Positions 27,893 to 36,658 of a stretch of 64,000 nucleotides of DNA are shown one piece after another (position 1 is the first letter of the stretch; each line of letters begins with the position of its first letter). The DNA is from Casimicrobiaceae bacterium (GTDB lineage: Bacteria > Pseudomonadota > Gammaproteobacteria > Burkholderiales > Casimicrobiaceae). The notes under the pieces were generated by a model. The model worked only from the letters and a program-made list of their open reading frames with translations. It had not been told where the DNA came from and ran no database searches. The stretch spans positions 1,440 through 65,439 of the forward strand of contig DATBBM010000142.1 of assembly GCA_036270955.1 (NCBI GenBank). The letters are read 5' to 3'. A program made the translations under genes and the position numbers.

Positions 27893-28300
27893 TCACTGCT
27901 GCGTGCCGTCTGCCGCTGCGCCGGTCGAGATGTCATTGTCGGTCGACTGGCCGTTGAGCGTCCGGCAGGCCTTGAGCGCATCGCCGACCTGACCGCTGCA
28001 ATCGTCGCTACCGCCGGCGCTGGTGGTGGGTGCCAAGGCTTCGGCCGCATTCAAACGCCGGCAGCTTGCCAGCGGCGCGCCGGTCATCCCGCTACACTCG
28101 TTGGGCGTGCCCGCGCCGCTAAGGGCCGGTCCGTTCCCGTTGCGATTCAGTCGCTGGCAGGTTGCGAACGCGGTTCCCGTCATCCCGGTGCAATCGTGCG
28201 TCGCGCCGCGCGCCGCGTCCGAGGGTGCGCCTTGGGCAAAGCCTAGCGTTGCCGCGCATAACGCCAGTGCGGCAAGCGTGCATCTCGAGGCGATCTTCAT
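27893..28300 (-). CDS. Secreted Cys-repeat protein (three C-x12-13-C-x-(R/T)LN repeats)
   Basis: GGAGAA RBS and signal peptide MKIASRCTLAALALCAATLGFAQG. The repeats are DCTGMTGTAFATCQRLN, ECSGMTGAPLASCRRLN and DCSGQVGDALKACRTLN. Confidence 0.65.
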   Translation of the reverse strand: MKIASRCTLAALALCAATLGFAQGAPSDAARGATHDCTGMTGTAFATCQRLNRNGNGPALSGAGTPNECSGMTGAPLASCRRLNAAEALAPTTSAGGSDDCSGQVGDALKACRTLNGQSTDNDISTGAAADGTQQ

Positions 28301-28537
28301 GATGTTCTCCGAAGGTGTCCGCATTTGTTTGCATTTTGCTCTGCCGCATCGAACGCGGTAATCGGCCAAATGATGATTCGACGTAAGACTGGCGCCGACA
28401 TCGACGGCGACACGGGGACGCGAGCAGGGGACCTCTGCCCAGCGGTCGCGCATCCGGCGGCGATCGCCGTACTTGTCGTACCATGGTTGCGCTTCCGGCC
28501 TTCGCGCCGGCTACCCACTGAAAGTTTTCCCGATTCG

Positions 28538-30439
28538 ATGCCCAAGCATTACACGATGGGGGGACGCGCAACGCAGGCTACCCCCGCAGCGCCGGGGACT
28601 TCGCCCGAGCCGCGCTCGCTGCGCGAGCGCGTAGGCGCGCTGCGCAACCTGCCGCCATTCATCAAGCTCGTCTGGCAGACGAGCCCGCTCCTTGCCATCG
28701 CCGAGTGCGTTCTTCGCCTCGCCAGGGCGTTGTTGCCGGTAGTAACGCTCTACGTCGGCAAGCTGATCATCGATGAGGTGATCGTGCTGGCCCGGACGCC
28801 GGGCGCCGGCGGGATCGCGCAGTGGTACGCCGCGGGTCTGCTCAATCGCATCGGCGGACTCTTGCTTCTGGAATTCGCCCTCGCGGTTTCGTCGGACATC
28901 CTTGGACGGACGGTCTCGCTGCTCGACTCGCTGCTGTCCGAACAGTTCAGCAACGTCACCAGCCTTCGCCTGATGGAACACGCCGCCTCGCTCGACCTGG
29001 AAGATTTCGAGGACAGCGAGTTGCAGGATCGACTGGATCGCGCGCGGCGGCAGGCTTCGGGACGGATGACCTTGATTGGTCAACTGCTCGGCCAGGTGCA
29101 GGACCTGGTGACCATCGTCAGCTTCGGCGCAGGACTGATCGTCTATGCGCCATGGCTGATCGCGCTGCTGGCGGTCGCTCTGGTGCCGGCGTTCATCGGC
29201 GAGGCGCACTTCAACGCGCAAAGCTATTCGCTCAACTATGCGCGGACCGCCGAGCGGCGCGAAATCGACTACGTCCGGCAGACCGCCGCAAGCGCCGAGA
29301 CCGCGAAGGAAGTCAAGATCTTCGGGCTCAATCGATTCCTGATCGATCGCTATCGAAAACTTGCCGGCGACTTCTACCTGGCCAACCGGACCCTCGCGCT
29401 GCGCCGCGCCGGTTGGGGCGGCCTCCTGGCTGCGGTGGGCACGATCGCCTACTACGTCGCCTACGCCTACATCGTGTGGCGCACCTTGCACGGCGAATTC
29501 ACGATCGGCGATCTGACGTTTCTTTCCGGCTCGTTCCGTCGGCTGCGAACCCTGCTGGAGAACATGCTGATCGGATTCTCGCAGGTGGCCGGCCAGGCAC
29601 TCTATCTCGACGACCTGTTTTCATTCTTCGAGATCACGCCGGAGATCGTCTCGCCGCCACATCCGCTGCCATTTCCGGTGCCGCTGCGCGAGGGGATGCG
29701 CTTCGAAGGTGTCGGCTTCCGCTACCCGGGAGCCGAGCGCTGGGCGGTGCGCGACTTGAATTTCACCTTGCGCGCGGGCGAGGTCCTCGCGCTGGTCGGC
29801 GAGAACGGCGCCGGCAAGACGACGGTGGTCAAATTGATCGCGCGCCTGTACGACCCCGACGAAGGCCGGATACTTCTCGACGGGCACGACCTGCGGGAAT
29901 ACGACCTGTTCGCGCTCCGCTCGAACATCGGCGTCATCTTCCAGGACTTCGTTCGCTACCATCTGACCGCGGCGGACAACATCGCCGTCGGACGCATCGA
30001 GGCGCGCGAAGATCGCGACCGCATCGCCGCCGCGGCGAGGCAGAGCCTGGCTGACGACCTGATCGAGCGCCTGCCGCAAGGGTACGATCAGATCATCGGC
30101 AAGCGCTTCCGTACAGGCGTCGACCTGTCGGGCGGGGAATGGCAGAAGATCGCGATCGCGCGCGCTTACATGCGCGATGCGCAGCTGCTGATCCTCGATG
30201 AGCCGACGGCTGCGCTCGATGCGCGCGCCGAATTCGAGATCTTTCAGCGCTTCAAAGAGCTCTCCAAGGGCAAGACCGCGGTGCTGATCTCGCATCGCTT
30301 TTCCAGCGTGCGGATGGCCGATCGCATCGTAGTGCTCGCCGACGGCAAAATCGAGGCGGTCGGCACCCACGACGAACTGCTGGCGGGCGGCGGGCGTTAC
30401 GCGGAGCTGTTCGAATTGCAGGCGGCCGGGTATCGTTGA
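28538..30439 (+). CDS. ABC exporter, fused permease/ATPase (MsbA-like half transporter)
   Basis: N-terminal six-TM domain, Walker A GENGAGKTT, signature LSGGEWQK and Walker B LLILDEPT. Confidence 0.9.
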   Translation: MPKHYTMGGRATQATPAAPGTSPEPRSLRERVGALRNLPPFIKLVWQTSPLLAIAECVLRLARALLPVVTLYVGKLIIDEVIVLARTPGAGGIAQWYAAGLLNRIGGLLLLEFALAVSSDILGRTVSLLDSLLSEQFSNVTSLRLMEHAASLDLEDFEDSELQDRLDRARRQASGRMTLIGQLLGQVQDLVTIVSFGAGLIVYAPWLIALLAVALVPAFIGEAHFNAQSYSLNYARTAERREIDYVRQTAASAETAKEVKIFGLNRFLIDRYRKLAGDFYLANRTLALRRAGWGGLLAAVGTIAYYVAYAYIVWRTLHGEFTIGDLTFLSGSFRRLRTLLENMLIGFSQVAGQALYLDDLFSFFEITPEIVSPPHPLPFPVPLREGMRFEGVGFRYPGAERWAVRDLNFTLRAGEVLALVGENGAGKTTVVKLIARLYDPDEGRILLDGHDLREYDLFALRSNIGVIFQDFVRYHLTAADNIAVGRIEAREDRDRIAAAARQSLADDLIERLPQGYDQIIGKRFRTGVDLSGGEWQKIAIARAYMRDAQLLILDEPTAALDARAEFEIFQRFKELSKGKTAVLISHRFSSVRMADRIVVLADGKIEAVGTHDELLAGGGRYAELFELQAAGYR

Positions 30440-30447
30440 ACAAGCGA

Positions 30448-31548
30448 TCAGGCCGCAAATCGCGTGTCGGCGACAGGCGCCTCGCATCGGCGCGTGCGCG
30501 ACCTTTCGACCAGCAGCGAATCGCCGAACTCGTGGCCCCGGTATCCATGCGATGCCAGTGCATCGCCGGCGCGGCGCAACGCCCGGTCGTCGGCGAACGC
30601 TCGCAGCAGTTCGTAATGGCTGCTGGCCGCCTCGTGCACGCCGGTGACGATCACGTCGACGATGCGCAGTGCGGTGGTCGGTCCGATGCGCTGGCTCGCG
30701 ACCCCGTTGCCCGCGCGTACGACGCTGCCGCGGCATGCGCACCCGCCGTGCCGCGCAGCGTGCTCGAGCGCGCGCACTACCGTGGTGCCGATCGCCACGA
30801 TGCGTCCGCCAACTCGGCAGGTGTTGGCGATCGCCCGCGCCGTCACGTTCGGGATCCGGTACGCTTCGTCGAGCGGCAGGCGCCGGTCGAGCTCGCCGTC
30901 GCCGGTCGATGAGATTCCGGCGGCATGCGTTAGCGTGGCGAAGCCGATGCCGCGGCGCGGCAGCGCAGCGAGCAGCGCCCAATCGATGACGAAGCCCGCC
31001 GACGGCGGCTCGAACGCGACGGGGACGGCGGCGACCGCGGTCCAGACATCCCACAGCGCCAGAGGCACCGGCACATGCGCATACTGGATCGGACTCCCGT
31101 GGCGGGCGAGGCCTTGCCACATCGCCTCGGCCGAGCCATCGAACGCGACGGCGACGAGCCGAGGATGGCCGATAGTGCGCACGACCCGCGCGCGCAAGCT
31201 GCCGAAGGCCAGACGATCTCCGGCGCACAGCTGCGGCGGCGCGGGTCGGTCCTCGGTCCTCATGCGGAAGTCACCGGCGCCGAAAACCACCGCGATGCTT
31301 CTCCGCAGATCGCCGCCTGCCGGCGTTTGCAGTCCAGCCAGCCGCAACTCGATCGGCGCGCCGGTCGCAACGTGCACGCCATGCAGGCTCGCCGGCAGGG
31401 TCATCGCGTCATTGGCGACCACCAGATCGCCGGGCCGCAGAAATTCGACCAGCGAAGCGCGCGATGCGTGTCTCAGCTCGGCCGATGCGGTCAACACGAG
31501 GAGGCGAGCGTCGACTCCCGGCCCGCGCGACGTCGCGGCAGCGATCAT
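30448..31548 (-). CDS. QueA-like (S-adenosylmethionine:tRNA ribosyltransferase-isomerase family) protein, divergent
   Basis: LRPGDLVVANDAMTLPASLHG and GGRIVAIGTTVVRALE are QueA-family signatures. Several canonical motifs are altered. The start shares an ATGA overlap with the upstream SDR stop. Confidence 0.75.
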   Translation of the reverse strand: MIAAATSRGPGVDARLLVLTASAELRHASRASLVEFLRPGDLVVANDAMTLPASLHGVHVATGAPIELRLAGLQTPAGGDLRRSIAVVFGAGDFRMRTEDRPAPPQLCAGDRLAFGSLRARVVRTIGHPRLVAVAFDGSAEAMWQGLARHGSPIQYAHVPVPLALWDVWTAVAAVPVAFEPPSAGFVIDWALLAALPRRGIGFATLTHAAGISSTGDGELDRRLPLDEAYRIPNVTARAIANTCRVGGRIVAIGTTVVRALEHAARHGGCACRGSVVRAGNGVASQRIGPTTALRIVDVIVTGVHEAASSHYELLRAFADDRALRRAGDALASHGYRGHEFGDSLLVERSRTRRCEAPVADTRFAA

Positions 31549-32324
31549 GCTGCCGCCGCCGCGATGTCGGTCGTCGGCCCCGATCGGAGAAGCGGGTGCA
31601 GGTCGCGGCAAGCGGCAAAGATCGCATCGGCCAATTCGCGAGCGGCGTCGGCCGGACGCTTGAGCGTTGCCGGATCGGCATCGGGGACGGCCCGGGCGTG
31701 CAGCGGCGTGTCCATGTCGCCTGGATCGAGCGAGAGAAAGCGAATGTGCTGCGCTGCGAGTTCCTCCTGCCAGATCCGGCTCAGCTGGTGCAGCGCCGCC
31801 TTGCTCGCGCCGTAGGCGCCCCAGCCCGGATATGCGTTGATGGCCGCGTCGCTGGAAACGTTGAGCACGACGGCGCCGCGGCCCTCGCGCGCCGAGGCAG
31901 TGAGCGCACCGAGCAGCGACTTGGTCAGACGAAACGGGCCGACCAGGTTGGTCGCCAGCGCTAGCTCGAGCTCCTCGCAGTCAGTGTCGCCGAGGTAACG
32001 AAGCGGGGTCGGACCGAGGCTCGATGCGTTGTTGACCAGCACGTCCAGCCCGCCCAGTGTGCCGGCGATCTGCAGAGCGATCGGATGAATGTCTTCCTTG
32101 CGGGCAATGTCTCCGGTGATGCCGTACGCACCGGTCTGTTTTGCGATCTCCGCGACACTTGTCGCATCGCGCGCGACGAACGCGACCAGGCAACCGCGCG
32201 CCTTGAGCTCGCGCACCAGCGCCAGCCCCAATCCGGACGTGCCACCGGTGATCGCCACGCGGAGGCGGTAAGCGCTGGCCGGCGACTGCGTCGTTGCCTG
32301 CGCAGACTTGTACCTTTGTGCCAT
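31545..32324 (-). CDS. Short-chain dehydrogenase/reductase (SDR)
   Basis: AGGAGA RBS, ITGGTSGLG cofactor motif, NNAS, and YGASKAAL for the catalytic YxxxK. Confidence 0.85.
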   Translation of the reverse strand: MAQRYKSAQATTQSPASAYRLRVAITGGTSGLGLALVRELKARGCLVAFVARDATSVAEIAKQTGAYGITGDIARKEDIHPIALQIAGTLGGLDVLVNNASSLGPTPLRYLGDTDCEELELALATNLVGPFRLTKSLLGALTASAREGRGAVVLNVSSDAAINAYPGWGAYGASKAALHQLSRIWQEELAAQHIRFLSLDPGDMDTPLHARAVPDADPATLKRPADAARELADAIFAACRDLHPLLRSGPTTDIAAAAA

Positions 32325-32337
32325 GTGTGTTCTCCTT

Positions 32338-32421
32338 TCGATGGACACATGGTAGGTACCGACTCCCCTGGACCCAAGCGCGGTGTCCAGCAGCTTGGCA
32401 GAAGGTCGAATCGATGGACAC
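32338..32421. promoter_or_regulatory. Candidate operator: the 11-nt direct repeat TCGATGGACAC occurs twice, plus an inverted GTGTCCA half-site, in the divergent promoter region
   Basis: TCGATGGACAC lies at 32338-32348 and 32411-32421. TGGACAC (32342-48) is matched by the inverted GTGTCCA (32383-89). Confidence 0.4.
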
Positions 32422-32983
32422 GCCCGATCACGTCGCCACGCATCTCGCGCGCAATCTCGCGAGTCTGCGACATGCGCGCACCCTGACCCAGGAAGCGTTG
32501 GCGCGCGCCGCCGAGGTGCCGCGCTCGACGATCGCCAACCTAGAATCGGGGGCCGGCAACCCATCGCTGACGGTCCTGGTCAAGGTGGCCAATGCGCTCG
32601 ATGTGCCCATCGACGAGTTGCTGGCCGCGCCACGCGCCAAGGTGCGCAAATGGCCGGCCGCCGATATAACGAAGAGCGTCAAGGGTCGAGGCGTCAGCCT
32701 GCGCTCCCTGGTGCCCGAACCGATTCCCGAGGAGGTGCTGACGCTCATGGATTTCGAGCCCGAGGGTGCGATGCGCGGCACGCCGCACCTGCCGGGGACG
32801 CGCGAATTCTTCACCTGTCTTTCCGGCCAGGTCACGATCTTCGTCACTGGTGCGCGCCATGATCTTCGGGCTGGCGACGTTCTCGCCTTTCCGGGCAACG
32901 TGCCGCATTCGTATCAGAATCCCGATACGCAGCGGAGCGCGCGCGGCGTATCGGTGGTCATCCTGGCCAAGGCCGGCGTCTAG
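32414..32983 (+). CDS. XRE-family HTH transcriptional regulator with C-terminal cupin domain
   Basis: LRHARTLTQEALARAAEVPRSTIANLESG HTH, and a cupin with G..H.....E.F.....G.......G......GD......PH. Confidence 0.85.
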   Translation: MDTPDHVATHLARNLASLRHARTLTQEALARAAEVPRSTIANLESGAGNPSLTVLVKVANALDVPIDELLAAPRAKVRKWPAADITKSVKGRGVSLRSLVPEPIPEEVLTLMDFEPEGAMRGTPHLPGTREFFTCLSGQVTIFVTGARHDLRAGDVLAFPGNVPHSYQNPDTQRSARGVSVVILAKAGV

Positions 32984-33002
32984 CAGCCAAAGCCCCGCAC
33001 CG

Positions 33003-33923
33003 ATGGCCGCCAACCCCAAAGCCCGCATTCTCGCCGAGGCGCTGCCCTACATTCGCGCCTACCACGGCAAGACGCTGGTGATCCGGCTCGGCGGCAACGC
33101 GATGGCCGATCCGGCGCTCAAAGCGGGCTTCGCGCGCGATGTCGCGCTGTTGCGGCTGGTCGGAATGAAACCGGTCGTCGTGCATGGCGGCGGTTGGCGC
33201 ATCGACGAGCTCGCGCGCCAGCTGGGCATCGAAACGCGGCGGCATCGCGGCCTTCGGATTACCGACGAGCGCACGTTGACGATCGTCGAAATGGCACTGG
33301 GGGAACTAAACCAGGAGCTGACCGGCCTGATCAATCGTCATGGCGGCAGGGCGGTCGGACTCGACGGCCAGGACGGCCGCTTCATTCACGCGCGCCGGAT
33401 GAACCTGCCGGCGGACGAAGGCGGTGAAGCCGCGCCCGAGCTCGGTTTCGTCGGCGACGTCGAGAGCATCGATACGGGCATTGTGGAGCTCTTGCTGTCG
33501 CGCAAGTTCATACCGGTGATCATGCCGATCGGCGTAGGGGCCGACGGCACCGCCTATCACATCAACTCCGACCTTCTGGCCGGGCGGCTGGCCCGGGCCT
33601 TGCAGGCCGAGAAGCTGATTCTGATGACCAACGTGCCCGGCATTCGCGACCGCTCCGGCAAGCTCGTCTACATACTGAAGGCGGGCGAGGCCGAAGCGTT
33701 GCTGGATGACGGGACGGTCGCCGGCGGCATGCGGCCACGGCTATCGGCCGCGCTGCAGGCAGTGCGCCAAGGAGTACGCTCGGTGCACATCATCGATGGC
33801 GGCGTTCCCAGCGCGCTGCTGCTCGAAGTGCTGACCGCGCAAGGGGTCGGTACCGCGGTGCGCTCGGACAGTGGGCCTAATTTTCTCGAAGACAGCCGCG
33901 GCTTTTTGCTGGCGGAAGGATGA
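33003..33923 (+). CDS. argB: Acetylglutamate kinase-like amino-acid kinase
   Basis: ALPYIRAYHGKTLVIRLGGNAM, VVVHGGG, FIPVIMPIG and GGMRPRL match ArgB. Some positions look atypical (GGGWRI, HINSD). Confidence 0.8.
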   Translation: MAANPKARILAEALPYIRAYHGKTLVIRLGGNAMADPALKAGFARDVALLRLVGMKPVVVHGGGWRIDELARQLGIETRRHRGLRITDERTLTIVEMALGELNQELTGLINRHGGRAVGLDGQDGRFIHARRMNLPADEGGEAAPELGFVGDVESIDTGIVELLLSRKFIPVIMPIGVGADGTAYHINSDLLAGRLARALQAEKLILMTNVPGIRDRSGKLVYILKAGEAEALLDDGTVAGGMRPRLSAALQAVRQGVRSVHIIDGGVPSALLLEVLTAQGVGTAVRSDSGPNFLEDSRGFLLAEG

Positions 33924-34780
33924 CGGGGGCGACAATGCGGCGGACGGTTTGGCGTTGGACGGCAGCCTCGTGCGCGCTGGTCTCGGTTGGCGGCTTACCG
34001 ATGGCGGCGCACGGCGCCGGAAGCGAAGGTTCGGGTGACGGCGTGCTGTTTCCACCGGCGTCTGTCGTCTATCCGGGCACGCGCGAATTCCAGTGGACGA
34101 TCCGCGTTCCGCTGCTGACGATCGACCAGCGCGAATTCGTATTCAAGGCGCCGACCGGCATCACGCGGACTTCGCGATGGGGCTTCGAGGGACCGGCGGT
34201 GCGAACCGAGCACCGGAAGATCGGCACCTATCCCGAGTTCAGCTGCAAGTACATCGACTGGACCGTATCGAACGAATGCCGCACCGTGTGGCGCGGAGTC
34301 TATGCCGACCTGCCGGTCATCGTCACGCGGCCGCAGCATCTGGATTTCGACATACCCGACTGGCGCTGGAAAACCCAACTAGTGCCGATCGGCGTCGTAC
34401 GCTGGACTTGGAAGGAAGAGCGGTGGATCGTGAGCGTTCCGGTGATCGTCGCCGATCCTGACGACAGTCGTGCGTACGCCGCCGACCGGCCGATGGCCGG
34501 TGCCGATTTCGAGCGCGCCCGGATGGCGCTCGCGGCAAAGGAAGCCGCCGCGCTCGCCGTGCTCGACGACGGTCTGCGCGCCCTGGACCGGAGCATCGCT
34601 ACGGCGGAAGCCTACGGCGCCGATCCGCGCCGCATCGAGAGCGACGACGGTGGCGCGCTCGACCTGATCGCCACGCGTGTCGCGCTTCGCGACGCGCGCG
34701 CCGATGTCGAGCAGCGTTTTCGGCGCATCGGCGGCGAGCTCGAGGCAGCAGCGAACACGACTCGCCCAAGCGGCGGGTAG
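33920..34780 (+). CDS. Secreted hypothetical protein with Ala-rich helical C-terminus
   Basis: The ATG shares an ATGA overlap with the argB-like stop; an alternative Met lies at 33935. Signal peptide. I recognise no family. Confidence 0.6.
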   Translation: MTGATMRRTVWRWTAASCALVSVGGLPMAAHGAGSEGSGDGVLFPPASVVYPGTREFQWTIRVPLLTIDQREFVFKAPTGITRTSRWGFEGPAVRTEHRKIGTYPEFSCKYIDWTVSNECRTVWRGVYADLPVIVTRPQHLDFDIPDWRWKTQLVPIGVVRWTWKEERWIVSVPVIVADPDDSRAYAADRPMAGADFERARMALAAKEAAALAVLDDGLRALDRSIATAEAYGADPRRIESDDGGALDLIATRVALRDARADVEQRFRRIGGELEAAANTTRPSGG

Positions 34781-34804
34781 TGAGCGCATCCGGCGGGCGA
34801 ATCC

Positions 34805-34835
34805 AAAAAAAGACGCGCCGGCTTCGGCGCGTCTT
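34805..34835 (-). terminator. Rho-independent terminator downstream of the CHRD gene
   Basis: GACGCGCCG (34812-20) pairs with CGGCGCGTC (34825-33) around a GCTT loop. On the minus strand this is followed by a 7-T run. Confidence 0.7.
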
Positions 34836-34863
34836 CGGATCTTCCCGCTAAACCGTAAAGACT

Positions 34864-35319
34864 TCAGTTACCCTTGATCGGCGCACGGATTTCGCCGATC
34901 GGATGCGCTGCACTGTGCACGTTGACGTACAGGTTGCCTGCCTTGTAGCTCGCGTACTGGCTTTCGGTCAGCTTCGCGCCGTCGGGCGACGCAAAGGTGT
35001 TGTCACCGGTCTTGGTGAACGGCACGATCACGGGGCCGTTCGTGCCCGGTGCGCCTTCGTGAATATGCGACGCAGTCGCGGTCATGCCGCTAACATTGAC
35101 CTTTACGACGACGCTGCGGTCGGGATTGATAGTAACTGTTGCGGTGCCGGACATCGGCGATCCGACAACCGGCGGCACTTCGTTGGCTCCCGATAGCGTC
35201 AATGTTTGCGTGTTCGACCCGGCCATCTGCCCCATCGATGTGCACGCCCCAAACACCGTCACGGCTGCCACCGCCGCCATCGCGGCGATCAATTTACGTT
35301 TGCCCAGATTCGCACTCAT
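34864..35319 (-). CDS. CHRD domain-containing (lipo)protein
   Basis: Lipobox-like VFGAC, then L.G..EVPP....G.G......HIHEGAPG.NGPV, typical of CHRD domains. Confidence 0.85.
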   Translation of the reverse strand: MSANLGKRKLIAAMAAVAAVTVFGACTSMGQMAGSNTQTLTLSGANEVPPVVGSPMSGTATVTINPDRSVVVKVNVSGMTATASHIHEGAPGTNGPVIVPFTKTGDNTFASPDGAKLTESQYASYKAGNLYVNVHSAAHPIGEIRAPIKGN

Positions 35320-35548
35320 TGCATTCCTCCGTGAAATGGATCGTCAGGCCCCTGCCGAAGCAGGCATGCTGCCGGGGCGTGAGTGCAATATACCGCATTG
35401 CGGGGGATAGTGAGTGGCGTCGCCACGCCTGGACCATCGGGCGCCGGAATCCTCCGCGATGGGTCGCGCCGCCCTGGAATACTCGATATCCGCCTGCTGT
35501 TTACAGGCGCCCGCGCATTCGCAACAATGACGGATAGGCGGAGGTAAC

Positions 35549-36658
35549 TTGGACGTTCGTGCTGCAGTCGCGCATCGCGCCGGCGCACCGTTGTCGATCG
35601 AGACGGTTCGTCTCGAAGGGCCGCGGTCGGGTGAGGTGCTGATCGAGCTCAAAGCCACCGGCATTTGCCACACCGACGAATTTACGCGCTCCGGCGCCGA
35701 TCCCGAAGGCCTGTTTCCCGCGATCCTCGGTCATGAGGGAGCTGGCATCGTGGTCGACAGCGGCGCCGGCGTCACCACCGTCCGGCGCGGCGATCATGTG
35801 ATCCCGCTCTACATCCCGGAGTGCCGCCAGTGCAAGGCCTGCCTGTCGCGCAAGACCAATCTCTGCACGGCGATACGCACGACGCAGGGCAAGGGGGTGA
35901 TGCCCGACGGAAGCAGCCGATTCTCCCTGGACGGAGAGCCGCTGCACCACTACATGGGTTGCTCGACCTTCGCCAACTTCACCGTTCTGCCCGAGATCGC
36001 AGTAGCGAAAATCCGCGAGGATGCTCCATTCGAGAAGGTCTGCTACGTCGGTTGCGGCGTGACGACCGGCATCGGTGCCGTGATCAACACCGCTAAAGTC
36101 GAGCCCGGAGCGAACGTCGTCGTGTTCGGCCTGGGCGGCATCGGTCTCAATGTCGTTCAGGGCGCGCGCATCGCCGGCGCCAACATGATCGTCGGCGTCG
36201 ATCTCAATCCGGCGCGAGAGACGCTTGCGCGGAAGCTCGGTCTGACCCACTTCATCGATCCGCGCACGGCGGGAGCCGACCTGGTGCCGCACCTGGTCGA
36301 CTTGACCGGCGGCGGCGCCGATTACACGTTCGAATGCATCGGCAATGTCGATGTCATGCGCCAGGCGCTCGAATGCTGTCATCGCGGCTGGGGTGTCGCG
36401 GTCATCATCGGCGTCGCCGGCGCAGGCCAGGAGATCCGTACCCGTCCATTTCAGCTGGTTACCGGCAGGACATGGAAAGGCACGGCGTTCGGCGGCGCGC
36501 GCGGCCGTACCGACCTGCCGAAGATCGTCGACTGGTACATGGACGGCCGGGTAAACATCGACGATCTGATCACGCACGTCCTGCCGCTCGAGCGTATCAA
36601 CGAGGGATTCGACCTGATGCACGCCGGCGAATCGATTCGCGCCGTCGTGCGCTATTGA
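35549..36658 (+). CDS. frmA: S-(hydroxymethyl)glutathione dehydrogenase / class III alcohol dehydrogenase
   Basis: GICHTDEFTRSGADPEGLFPAILGHEGAGIV closely parallels E. coli FrmA. TTG start preceded by GGAGG. Confidence 0.9.
   Translation: MDVRAAVAHRAGAPLSIETVRLEGPRSGEVLIELKATGICHTDEFTRSGADPEGLFPAILGHEGAGIVVDSGAGVTTVRRGDHVIPLYIPECRQCKACLSRKTNLCTAIRTTQGKGVMPDGSSRFSLDGEPLHHYMGCSTFANFTVLPEIAVAKIREDAPFEKVCYVGCGVTTGIGAVINTAKVEPGANVVVFGLGGIGLNVVQGARIAGANMIVGVDLNPARETLARKLGLTHFIDPRTAGADLVPHLVDLTGGGADYTFECIGNVDVMRQALECCHRGWGVAVIIGVAGAGQEIRTRPFQLVTGRTWKGTAFGGARGRTDLPKIVDWYMDGRVNIDDLITHVLPLERINEGFDLMHAGESIRAVVRY

Noticed and set aside
29621-31228. 535-aa minus-strand ORF overlapping the ABC exporter and the QueA-like gene
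   Set aside because: It has an extreme Arg/Ala/Pro composition. It crosses a convergent gene junction and conflicts with two motif-supported CDS.
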